Of a DNA stretch of 32,000 nucleotides, positions 9,099 through 16,578 are shown piece after piece. The number at the start of each line of letters is the position of its first letter. Positions within the stretch are counted from its first letter, which is position 1. The position numbers and the translations under genes are program-made. The stretch is taken from NCBI RefSeq assembly GCF_000284115.1, contig NC_017080.1:3630001-3662000 (forward strand), written 5' to 3'. The DNA is from Phycisphaera mikurensis NBRC 102666. Its GTDB lineage: Bacteria; Planctomycetota; Phycisphaerae; Phycisphaerales; Phycisphaeraceae. The notes beneath the pieces are model-generated. The model was not told the DNA's origin and searched no databases. It saw nothing but the letters and a program-made list of their open reading frames with translations.

Positions 9099-10538
9099 TT
9101 GCTTCCTGACGCACCCGATGCCGCACCGGAGGAGCCGGCCGATGCGCCGGCCGCGCCGGCCGGAGCCGCCCCGCCGCCCGCCGCGGATCGCCGCCGGCCG
9201 GGCCCGCTTTCGCTCGCGGTCCGCGGCGTGGTGGCGGTGGTGGTCGTCGCGGCCGGCGCCGCGGGGGCCTGGGCGCTGGTGGCGACGATGCCGGTGATCG
9301 ATCTGGCCCCGGTGGAGGCGGTCGCGACGCCGGTCATCGTCTTCGACCCCTCGCCCCAGCCGGTCGCCCGGCCGTGGAGCGGGTACGGCACCGCGGAGGC
9401 GCTAACCGCCGCCGACGTGCCGGCGCGGGTGACGGCGACGGTGGCGTCGCTGGGTGAGGGCGTGCGGGACGGGGCCGCGGTGGGCGCCGGGCAGACGCTC
9501 GTGACGCTCGAGAGAGCAGACTTCGAGGACGAGGTGACGCGGCTGGAGTCGCTCGCGGCCGACGCCGACGCGCAGCTGCGGGAGCTGGACAGCCGCGAGG
9601 CCCGCCTCGACGAGCAGGCCGGCCTCCTGGAGGAGGACCTGGACCTGCAGACCCGGGAGCTCGAGCGGGTGAGCCGGCTGGAGGGTCGCAGCGTCGCCAC
9701 CGGCCAGGACGTCGACCGGGCGCGGAGCCAGGTGCTCGCCGCGCGGTCGGCGCTGTCGGCGATGCGGCAGTCGCGGGAGTCGATCCCGACGCGGCGGGAG
9801 GCGCTCACGGCGACCGCGGCCGCCCTCGAAGCACAGCTGCGGGTGGCCCGCCGCAACCTGGGCCGGACGACGATCAAGAGCCCGATCCGCGGCTACCTGC
9901 AGTCGCTCGACGTCGAGGCCGGTGAGGCCGTCTCGCCGGGGCAGCGGGTGGCTCGCGTGGTGGATCCGGCGGTGGTCGAGGTCCCGCTGAAGCTGCCCGC
10001 GGGCGCGCGGCGCGGCGTGCGCGTGGGCGATCCGGTCGAGCTCCGCAGCAGCTGGGACCTCCGCGAGCGGGAGGGCGGCGCTCCCGCCGAGGGCGAGAAC
10101 CCCGCCTGGACGGGGAAGATCCTCCGCATCAACCCCACCGACGACGCCCAGACCCGCACGCTCACCGTCTACGTCGTGCTCGACCAGGCCGACACCCCCG
10201 CCGCCGAGCGCCTCGCCCCCGGGCTCTTCGTGGCCGGCACCGTCACCGCCGGCGAGCCGACGCCGCGGGTGGTCGTGCCCCGCAGGAGCCTCCGCCGGGG
10301 GCGCGTGCAGCTGGTCGGCCCCGACGCGGAGGGCCGGCCCCGCGTGCGCAGCGTCCCGGTGTCGGTGGACTTCCACCTCCGGGCCCGGCTGCCCGGCACC
10401 GGGCTGCCCGACGACCAGTGGGCCGTGCTCGACGCCCCGCTGCCGGCGGGCGAACGCGTGGTCCTCACCGCGAATGCTTCGCTGCTCGACGGCCAGGCCG
10501 TCGATCCCCGAGACGCCGCCGCGCGGGGCGAGCGATGA
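9099..10538 (+). CDS. Efflux RND periplasmic adaptor (membrane fusion protein, HlyD/AcrA family)
   Basis: Track ORF 9099..10538. It has an N-terminal TM segment (LSLAVRGVVAVVVVAAGAAGAWALV), coiled-coil hairpin region, and lipoyl/beta-barrel motifs (IKSPIRGYLQSLDVEAGEAV). The stop overlaps the next gene's ATG (ATGA). The TTG start is uncertain. Confidence 0.75.
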   Translation: MLPDAPDAAPEEPADAPAAPAGAAPPPAADRRRPGPLSLAVRGVVAVVVVAAGAAGAWALVATMPVIDLAPVEAVATPVIVFDPSPQPVARPWSGYGTAEALTAADVPARVTATVASLGEGVRDGAAVGAGQTLVTLERADFEDEVTRLESLAADADAQLRELDSREARLDEQAGLLEEDLDLQTRELERVSRLEGRSVATGQDVDRARSQVLAARSALSAMRQSRESIPTRREALTATAAALEAQLRVARRNLGRTTIKSPIRGYLQSLDVEAGEAVSPGQRVARVVDPAVVEVPLKLPAGARRGVRVGDPVELRSSWDLREREGGAPAEGENPAWTGKILRINPTDDAQTRTLTVYVVLDQADTPAAERLAPGLFVAGTVTAGEPTPRVVVPRRSLRRGRVQLVGPDAEGRPRVRSVPVSVDFHLRARLPGTGLPDDQWAVLDAPLPAGERVVLTANASLLDGQAVDPRDAAARGER

Positions 10539-13500
10539 GCCTCGCGGCCTTCGGCGTCCGCAAGCCGGTTCCCGCCAACCTGCTGATGGTCGCGCTGCTC
10601 ATCGGCGGGCTCTTCGCCGGTCTCACGCTCCGCAAGCAGTTCTTCCCCGAGACCGACCCGCAGTCGGCCATCGTCCGGATCGTCTACCCCGGGGCCACGC
10701 CCGAGGAGGTCGAGGAGACGATGGCGATCAAGATCGAGGACGCCGTGTTCGACCTCGACGAGGTGGACGAGGTGATCACCAACCTCGCCGAGGGCGGCGG
10801 CTCGGTCAGCGTCGGCTTCGTCGACGGCACCGACGGCGACGCCGGCGTGGACGCGGTCGAACGCGAGTTGGCCGCGCTGCAGGACCTGCCGCCCGAAGCC
10901 GAGCCGCTGACGGTCGAGCTGATCGAGCCACAGCTGCCGGTCATCCAGATGGCGGTCTTCGGGCCCGTCGACGACAGCGTGCTCAAGGAAACGGCCCGCA
11001 GCATCAAGGACGACCTCGCCGGCCTCCCGGGCATGGGCGAGGTGCGGATCTCCGGCGTCCGCGACTACGAGCTGTCGGTCGACGTGCAGCAGTCGGCGCT
11101 GATCGAGCAGGGCATCTCGCTGGCCACCGTCGCGAACCGGGTCCGGGCGGCGATGGACGAGGTGCCCGGCGGCAGCGTGCGGAACCAGACCGGCACCAGC
11201 AACCTGCGGACCGAAGGCGTGGCCGAGACCGCCGACGCGGTGGCCGGCATCGTCATCGCCAGCGGGCCCGACGGCTCGGTCGTGCGGCTGGGCGAGGTGG
11301 CCGAGGTCAGCGAGGGCTTCACCGACGCCGGCGTCAACACCCGCTTCAACGGCCAGCCCGGCGCGTACGTCACGGTCTACAAGAAGGGCCGGCAGGACAT
11401 CGTGAGGATCGCCGAGATGGTGCGGGCGTACGTCGACGCCCGCCGCGGCGAGCCGCCGGCGGAGCTTTCGTGGCTTGCGCGGAAGATCAAGCCGCACGTG
11501 GTCGCGGCCGCCGAGCTGGGGCGGGACGCGCCGCAGCTGCCCGGGGGCGCCGAGGTCGCCCGCTTCACCGACCTCGCCCGCTTCGTGGAGGGCCGGCTCG
11601 ACCTGCTGCTCCGCAACGCGCTCATGGGAGCGGTGCTGGTTTTCGCCACGCTGGCGCTGTTCCTGAACCCGCGGACCGCGTTCTGGGTCGGCGTCGGGCT
11701 GGTGACCGCGCTCGGCGGGACGCTCATCCTCATGGCGGCGGTGGACCTGACGCTGAACCTCCTGACGATGTTCGGCCTGATCGTCGTGCTCGGCCTGTTG
11801 GTCGACGACGCGATCGTCGTCGCCGAGAACATCCAGGCGACGCACGAACGCGGCGTGCCGCCGCTGGAGGCCGCGGTCGTGGGCGCCGGCCAGGTCGGCT
11901 GGCCGGTGGTCGCGACGGTCACCACCTCCGTGGTCGCCTTCCTGCCGCTCCGCTTCATCGACGGCGAGATCGGCGACCTGCTCGGGGCGCTGCCGCTGGT
12001 GGTGGCGTGCGCCCTGATCATGTCGTTGATCGAGTCGCTGATGATCCTGCCCAGCCACATGGGGCACAGCCTCGAATCCGCGGACCGCAGAGCCGAACGG
12101 GCCCGACGCGACGCGGTCCGCGGCGGGCGGGAGGCGCGGCCGGGCGTCGTCGCCCGCTACGCGGCCGCCCGCGATCGCTTCATCGAGAACCGCGTGGTGC
12201 CGGCTTACCTGGGCGCGCTCGGCGGGGTGTTGCACTGGCGCTACGCCGCGGTCTCGGCGGCGGTGGCGGCGCTGCTGTTCGCCTTCGGGATGATCGGCAG
12301 CCGCACGGTGCCCTTCGTGTTCCTGCCGCAGAACGACGCCGAGACGCTGCAGCTGGACCTCCGCCTGCCGCTGGGCAGCCCGATGTCCGCGACGCGGGCG
12401 GTCGTCGAGGGCATCGAAGACGCCGCCGTGGCGATGCCCGACTTCCGCAGCATCGCCAGCGTCGTCGGCGAGAGCGCGAGCATCGACTCCGCCGTCAGCA
12501 GCGGCTTCGCGGCGCACCTGGCGCAGATGTTCATCGAGCTCGAGCCGGTGGAGACGCGGGCACGGACCGCGCCTCAGATCATCGAGCAGCTGCGCCGCGA
12601 CATCGAGCCCCACCTCCAGGTCGCCGACCGGTTCAGCATCGAGCCCATCTCCGGAGGGCCCGGCGGGCCGGACCTCACGCTGGAGGTCCGCGGCACCGAC
12701 CCCGGCCGCATCGCCGCCGCGGTCGCGGAGATCAAGGGCCAGCTGCGGCGTTTCCCCGGCGTGGTCGACGTGTCCGACGACAACGACGCCGGGCTGCCCG
12801 AGAGCCGCTTCCGTGTCCGCGACGCCGATGCCGCGGCCGCCGGCTTCACCCGCGCGGACGTCGCCACCGAGCTGCGGGGGCTGACCTTCGGGCTCGAGCC
12901 GCACAGCTACGCCGCGCTGCGCGAGGACATCGAGGTCCGCGTCCGCGGCGACGCCGGGACCCGCCGCAGCCAGGCCGACGTCGAGAACGCCTGGATCGTC
13001 TCGCCCACCGGCCGCGCGGTGCCGGTCACCGAGATCGCGGACGTCGTGCCCGGTTCGGCTTACGCCAGCATCAAGCGTATCGATCGCGCGCGGACCGTCA
13101 CGGTGACCGGCTACGTGACCACCGGGCTCTCGCCGGAAACCGTCGCCGCCGAACTGGACCTCTCGGCGGTGCGGGAGGCCTACCCCGACCTGGAGGTCCG
13201 CTTCGGCGGCCGGCAGGAGCAGACCGCCGAGGCCTTCGCCAGCCTGCCCTACGGGGCCGGCGCCGCGGCGATCATGATCTACATCATCCTCGCCTGGCTG
13301 TTCTCCAAGTACCTGCAGCCGCTGGCGGTGATGGCGGTGATCCCGTTCGCCACGGTGGGCGCGGTGCTGGGCCACTGGGTGATGGGCTACGACCTCACCT
13401 TCCTGTCGATCATCGGGCTGGTGGCGCTGGCGGGCATCGTCGTGAACGACTCGCTGATCTACGTCGAGTTCTTCAACGCGCGGCGGGCGGCGGGCGAGCC

Positions 13501-13771
13501 GATCCACGAGGCGTTGCTCCAAGCCGGGGCGGCCCGCCTCCGGGCGATTTTCCTGACGACGGTGACCACGGTCCTGGGCCTGACGCCGCTGATCCTGGAG
13601 ACCAGCTTCCAAGCCCGCTTCCTCATCCCCATGGCGATCTCCATCGCCGGCGGGCTCATCGTCGCGACGGTCCTGATCCTCGGCGTGCTCCCGTGCCTGC
13701 TGCTGATCCTCAACGACCTGACGAGGATCGGCCGCCGCGCCTGGCACGGGCCGCGGGTGGGCGAGGCCTGA
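10535..13771 (+). CDS. RND efflux transporter permease (AcrB/AcrD/AcrF family)
   Basis: This is the in-frame part of track ORF 10418..13771, starting at ATG 10535 (MSLAAFGVRKPVPANLLMVALLIGGLFAG...). It is about 1078 aa with 12-TM RND architecture and two large periplasmic loops. Confidence 0.9.
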   Translation: MSLAAFGVRKPVPANLLMVALLIGGLFAGLTLRKQFFPETDPQSAIVRIVYPGATPEEVEETMAIKIEDAVFDLDEVDEVITNLAEGGGSVSVGFVDGTDGDAGVDAVERELAALQDLPPEAEPLTVELIEPQLPVIQMAVFGPVDDSVLKETARSIKDDLAGLPGMGEVRISGVRDYELSVDVQQSALIEQGISLATVANRVRAAMDEVPGGSVRNQTGTSNLRTEGVAETADAVAGIVIASGPDGSVVRLGEVAEVSEGFTDAGVNTRFNGQPGAYVTVYKKGRQDIVRIAEMVRAYVDARRGEPPAELSWLARKIKPHVVAAAELGRDAPQLPGGAEVARFTDLARFVEGRLDLLLRNALMGAVLVFATLALFLNPRTAFWVGVGLVTALGGTLILMAAVDLTLNLLTMFGLIVVLGLLVDDAIVVAENIQATHERGVPPLEAAVVGAGQVGWPVVATVTTSVVAFLPLRFIDGEIGDLLGALPLVVACALIMSLIESLMILPSHMGHSLESADRRAERARRDAVRGGREARPGVVARYAAARDRFIENRVVPAYLGALGGVLHWRYAAVSAAVAALLFAFGMIGSRTVPFVFLPQNDAETLQLDLRLPLGSPMSATRAVVEGIEDAAVAMPDFRSIASVVGESASIDSAVSSGFAAHLAQMFIELEPVETRARTAPQIIEQLRRDIEPHLQVADRFSIEPISGGPGGPDLTLEVRGTDPGRIAAAVAEIKGQLRRFPGVVDVSDDNDAGLPESRFRVRDADAAAAGFTRADVATELRGLTFGLEPHSYAALREDIEVRVRGDAGTRRSQADVENAWIVSPTGRAVPVTEIADVVPGSAYASIKRIDRARTVTVTGYVTTGLSPETVAAELDLSAVREAYPDLEVRFGGRQEQTAEAFASLPYGAGAAAIMIYIILAWLFSKYLQPLAVMAVIPFATVGAVLGHWVMGYDLTFLSIIGLVALAGIVVNDSLIYVEFFNARRAAGEPIHEALLQAGAARLRAIFLTTVTTVLGLTPLILETSFQARFLIPMAISIAGGLIVATVLILGVLPCLLLILNDLTRIGRRAWHGPRVGEA

Positions 13772-13813
13772 GGCCGGCTGGGAAATGATGACAGCCACGG
13801 ATGGCTGCTCCGC

Positions 13814-14944
13814 TCAGCCGGCGGACACCGCCGAGACGGTTCTTGGCGGAGGCACGGCGTGCTGAGCCACCAGCGCCAGCACGCGGCCCGCCACCGCGTC
13901 GGCTTCGAGGCCCAGCCGCTCGAAGACGCCGGCCGTGCCCGCCGCCAGCCGCCGCTTGCCCTTGCGCAGCTTCCGCGCCACCGCATCGAGCACGCGCAGG
14001 TACGCCCGCAGCGACAGCCCCGCCGCCACCGTGCCCGCCGAGGCGGCCCGCACCGCTTCACCGTCCGCCAGCGGCCGGTGGCCCCGGCGACGCTGACGCT
14101 CCAGCGACTCGTCGAGCGGACGCAGCCAGCGGCCGCTGGGCCGCCGACGCGGCGGCCGCGGACCGTCGGGCGTTGAGGCCTCACCGGGCTCGCGGTCCGC
14201 GGATCGGCCGGATCGGCCGGATCGGCGGGTGGCGGCCGGGTCCGCCGGGTCCGCGGCTTCGGCACCGCACGGCTCGTCCCGCCCCAGCCGCCCCGCCAGC
14301 GAGGTGTGGCGACCCTCTTCGGGCGTCTCGCACACGCCCGCCGCGAAGGGGTTCAGGTCGACGTACACCATCGTCGCCACCAGCTGCTCCAGGTCCTTCA
14401 CCAGCACGCTCTTGAAGCGTCCCGCCCACACCGGCCCGCCGGTTTGCTCCAGCTTGTTGATCCGCTCGGCCGCGTGCTGGGAGAAGCACTGCATGAACTT
14501 CGAGAGGCTCGCCAGCTTCTCTCGGCAGCCGGCCAAAAACGCCGCATCCGCCAGCGCCGAAGCCACCTCCTCCTCCGCCGCCTCCCGCGGACGGTTGTAC
14601 CCGTCACGCAGCGGGTGAAGCCGCCACCAGCGTCGCAGCACCTGCTCGTCGCTCCAACGCTGCGCCTCCGCCCGGCTCACCCGCAGCACCAGGTGGACGT
14701 GGTTGTCCATGACCGCGAAGGCGATCACCTCCACCGCCATCACCCCCACCAGCTCCTCGAGCCGGGCCAGCAGGATCTCCTTCCGCAGGCCCGCCGGCTC
14801 GCAGCAGCCAGCCGCTCCACCGGATGCCGCCCCACCCCCGGCATCCGCAAGCATGTGCAACTGCCTCGTGCACCGCGCCACACAATGCACCAAGAACCGC
14901 GGAGCCCCCAGCGGCAACAAACAAGATCGCGTGCGACGTGCCAT
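13814..14944 (-). mobile_element. HUH / Y1 (IS200-RAYT-like, COG1943-type) transposase-family protein, 376 aa with long C-terminal extension
   Basis: This is the lower third of artefactual track ORF 13814..16426, starting at ATG 14944 (MARRTRSCLLPLGAPRFLVHCVARC...). It has the HUH motif MDNHVHLVL, followed by GPVWAGRFKSVLVKDLEQLVATMVYVDLNPFAAGV, which aligns to the GxxFQGR(Y/F)K...YIHLNPVRAG signature of this family. The C-terminal RAYLRVLDAVARKLRKGKRRL...VFERLGLEADAV resembles the tail seen in planctomycete members of this family; that resemblance is from memory. Confidence 0.7.
14201..14252. repeat. In-frame 9-nt tandem repeats inside the transposase-like gene
   Basis: GGATCGGCC/G occurs three times at 14201-14227 and GCCGGGTCC twice at 14235-14252. 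On the minus strand these encode RSGRSGRS and ADPADP in a low-complexity linker. Confidence 0.8.
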
Positions 14945-14952
14945 CTCCCACA

Positions 14953-14958
14953 ACCCTA
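14953..14958 (-). promoter_or_regulatory. Candidate -10 box TAGGGT, 8 nt upstream of ATG 14944
   Basis: Plus strand acccta at 14953-14958 is TAGGGT on the minus strand. Confidence 0.3.
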
Positions 14959-14972
14959 CCCCACCCCCGCCT

Positions 14973-15001
14973 CCTGTCAAGGGACGCGTCCCCTTGACAG
15001 G
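14973..15001. repeat. Near-perfect 29-nt palindrome (REP-like hairpin) immediately upstream of the HUH transposase-like gene
   Basis: The sequence is CCTGTCAAGGGACG / CGTCCCCTTGACAGG. The arms are 14 and 15 nt and differ only by one extra C. It contains CCCCTTGACA (14990-14999), identical to 537-546 in the repeat array. Confidence 0.85.
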
Positions 15002-15005
15002 GGGG

Positions 15006-15031
15006 AGGGAGTGCCTGCAGGGAGTGCCTGC
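15006..15031. repeat. Perfect 13-nt tandem duplication AGGGAGTGCCTGC x2
   Basis: 15006-15018 equals 15019-15031. It lies between the PLD gene stop (15064) and the palindrome. Confidence 0.9.
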
Positions 15032-15063
15032 GGCTGCTTGGGGTGGCGGGGTGGTGGCTTGGC

Positions 15064-16290
15064 CTATACCTGGCTGGTCTTCCAGCGTGTCAGGACCCGG
15101 GCGAGGCGGCTCTTGAGGCTGACGCGTTCGAAGTCCGCGGGGTCGACGGGGTCGCACTCGGCGAGGTCGGTTTCGAAGTCTGCGGCGAGCGTCGCGTTGA
15201 GCTCGGTGTCGACGGCGACGACGATCAGCTCGTCGTCGGTCATCATCGAGCGGTGGTTGAAGTTGGCGGAGCCGAAGACGGCGCCGCGGTCGTCGATGAC
15301 CATCGACTTGGCGTGGAGCATCGTCGGCTTGTAGCGGTAGAAGCGGACGCCGGTGCCCGCGAAGAAGCGGATCGTGTCCTCGGCGGCCACCGTGGCGAGC
15401 CACTTGTCGTTCTGCCGGAGGCTGGGGATCATGACGCGGACGTCCACGCCGCGGCCATCGGCCTCCTTGATGAGGTTCACCAGCAGCGGGTCTGGCGTGA
15501 AATACGCCGTGGAGATCCACAGACGCTCGGCAGCGGCCCGCACCAGCGCCTGGTACGCGGTGGCGATGTCGTTCCACTGCAGCGCCGTGTCCGCGCGGAT
15601 GACCTGCAGGCTCGCCGGACCGGCGGGCATCGGCGTCGGCCGCTCGATGAGGTTGCTGACGTCGGCCTGCTCCTCCTCGACCCAGTGCTCTTCGAAACCG
15701 GCTCGCAGCCCCTCCACCGCCGGTCCCTCGATGCGGAAGTGGCTGTCGCGCCAGCGGCTCCAGCCCTCGGCGTCGCCCGTCCAGTGGTCGGCGAAGCCGA
15801 CGCCGCCGGTGAAGGCGACGGTGTTGTCGATCGCGAGCACCCGGCGGTGCGAACGGTAGAAGTTGTCGCGTCCCTTCTTGAGCTTGAGCGGGCGGAACCA
15901 GGCAAACTGTGCCCCCGCGTCCTCGAGCAGGCCGGGCATGTGGTCGCCGACGAAGTGCCCGCCCCAGCCATCGGCGAGCACCCGCACGCGCACGCCGCGG
16001 CGGGCGGCGTCGCAGAGTGCTTCGATGAAACGCTCGGTGATTTCGCTCTCCCAGAAGATGAAAGCCGAGAGGTCGATCGAAAGCTCCGCCCCGTCGATCG
16101 CCCCGAGCATCGCCTCGAAGATGTCCTCGCCGTTCATGATCCGCGTGACGCGGTTGCCCTCGAAGAAGGGCATGCCCATGGCGCGCGTCATCGCGATCTG
16201 CAGCCGCGGCACCGCCCGCGTGTTCTCGGCCGTGACGGGCACGCTCGCCGCCCCGGTCTCGCTGTCCTCGTCCACCGGGCGCTCTGGCAT
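15064..16290 (-). CDS. Phospholipase D / cardiolipin synthase-like protein (two HKD domains, no N-terminal TM; ClsB-like)
   Basis: This is the in-frame part of track ORF 15064..16464, starting at ATG 16290 (MPERPVDED...). HKD-1 is YRSHRRVLAIDNTVAFTGGVGFAD, with R in place of the canonical K. HKD-2 is LHAKSMVIDDRGAVFGSANFNHRS and is canonical. The upstream 58 codons run through the poly-C tract and repeats and are not protein-like. Confidence 0.85.
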   Translation of the reverse strand: MPERPVDEDSETGAASVPVTAENTRAVPRLQIAMTRAMGMPFFEGNRVTRIMNGEDIFEAMLGAIDGAELSIDLSAFIFWESEITERFIEALCDAARRGVRVRVLADGWGGHFVGDHMPGLLEDAGAQFAWFRPLKLKKGRDNFYRSHRRVLAIDNTVAFTGGVGFADHWTGDAEGWSRWRDSHFRIEGPAVEGLRAGFEEHWVEEEQADVSNLIERPTPMPAGPASLQVIRADTALQWNDIATAYQALVRAAAERLWISTAYFTPDPLLVNLIKEADGRGVDVRVMIPSLRQNDKWLATVAAEDTIRFFAGTGVRFYRYKPTMLHAKSMVIDDRGAVFGSANFNHRSMMTDDELIVVAVDTELNATLAADFETDLAECDPVDPADFERVSLKSRLARVLTRWKTSQV

Positions 16291-16296
16291 CGCACG

Positions 16297-16302
16297 ACCG
16301 TA
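16297..16302 (-). promoter_or_regulatory. Candidate -10 box TACGGT, 6 nt upstream of ATG 16290
   Basis: The minus strand reads TCTTGCT-C17-TACGGT-CGTGCG-ATG. TTGCTC is a plausible -35 element, and the spacer is made entirely of C. Confidence 0.4.
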
Positions 16303-16319
16303 GGGGGGGGGGGGGGGGG
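16303..16319. repeat. Homopolymeric tract G17 (C17 on the PLD gene strand)
   Basis: Counted directly: 8 G at 16303-16310 and 9 G at 16311-16319. Confidence 0.95.
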
Positions 16320-16320
16320 A

Positions 16321-16509
16321 GCAAGAGACGGAGAGACGGAGAGACGGAGACAGGCAGGGTTGACGGCCAGGCCCGCTGCTGCTTGTTCTCGCTCTTGCTG
16401 ACTCCGTCTCTTCGTCTCTGCGCCAACCGCGGTCCAACCTGCGCACTCCCAAAAGGGGCGGCAACCCGGCTCCGGAACTCTTCGACCCCCGCCGCGTCTC
16501 TTCGTCTCT
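16321..16509. repeat. GAGACGGA x3 tandem repeat with inverted and direct partners (element E1)
   Basis: GAGACGGA occurs three times at 16325-16348. The reverse complement CTCCGTCTCTTCGTCTC at 16402-16418 gives a 17-bp helix with one G-T pair. The 15-mer CGTCTCTTCGTCTCT is repeated perfectly at 16405-16419 and 16495-16509. Confidence 0.85.
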
Positions 16510-16578
16510 TAAGCGGCCCCGCCGCTGCCCTCCCCGCTGCTAAAACATCTCCTCGCCACGTCCCCCCAAGGAGTCTTG

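Noticed and set aside
9099-13771. The missing outer-membrane factor gene next to the MFP/RND pair, as a possible anomaly.
   Set aside because: Two-gene MFP+RND operons that use an unlinked TolC-like channel are common, so this is not informative.
10169-13798. The 1209-aa minus-strand ORF and the 1104-aa +2 frame ORF overlapping the RND transporter.
   Set aside because: Same shadow-ORF artefact. Only the 10535..13771 frame gives a 12-TM AcrB-like protein.
13814-16426. The 870-aa minus-strand ORF in the track, which could be read as one giant protein.
   Set aside because: It is a GC-driven open frame. Only its last 376 codons (from ATG 14944) look like a real protein (the HUH transposase family). 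The upstream part is antisense/off-frame to the well-supported PLD gene (15064-16290) and crosses the palindrome and repeats.
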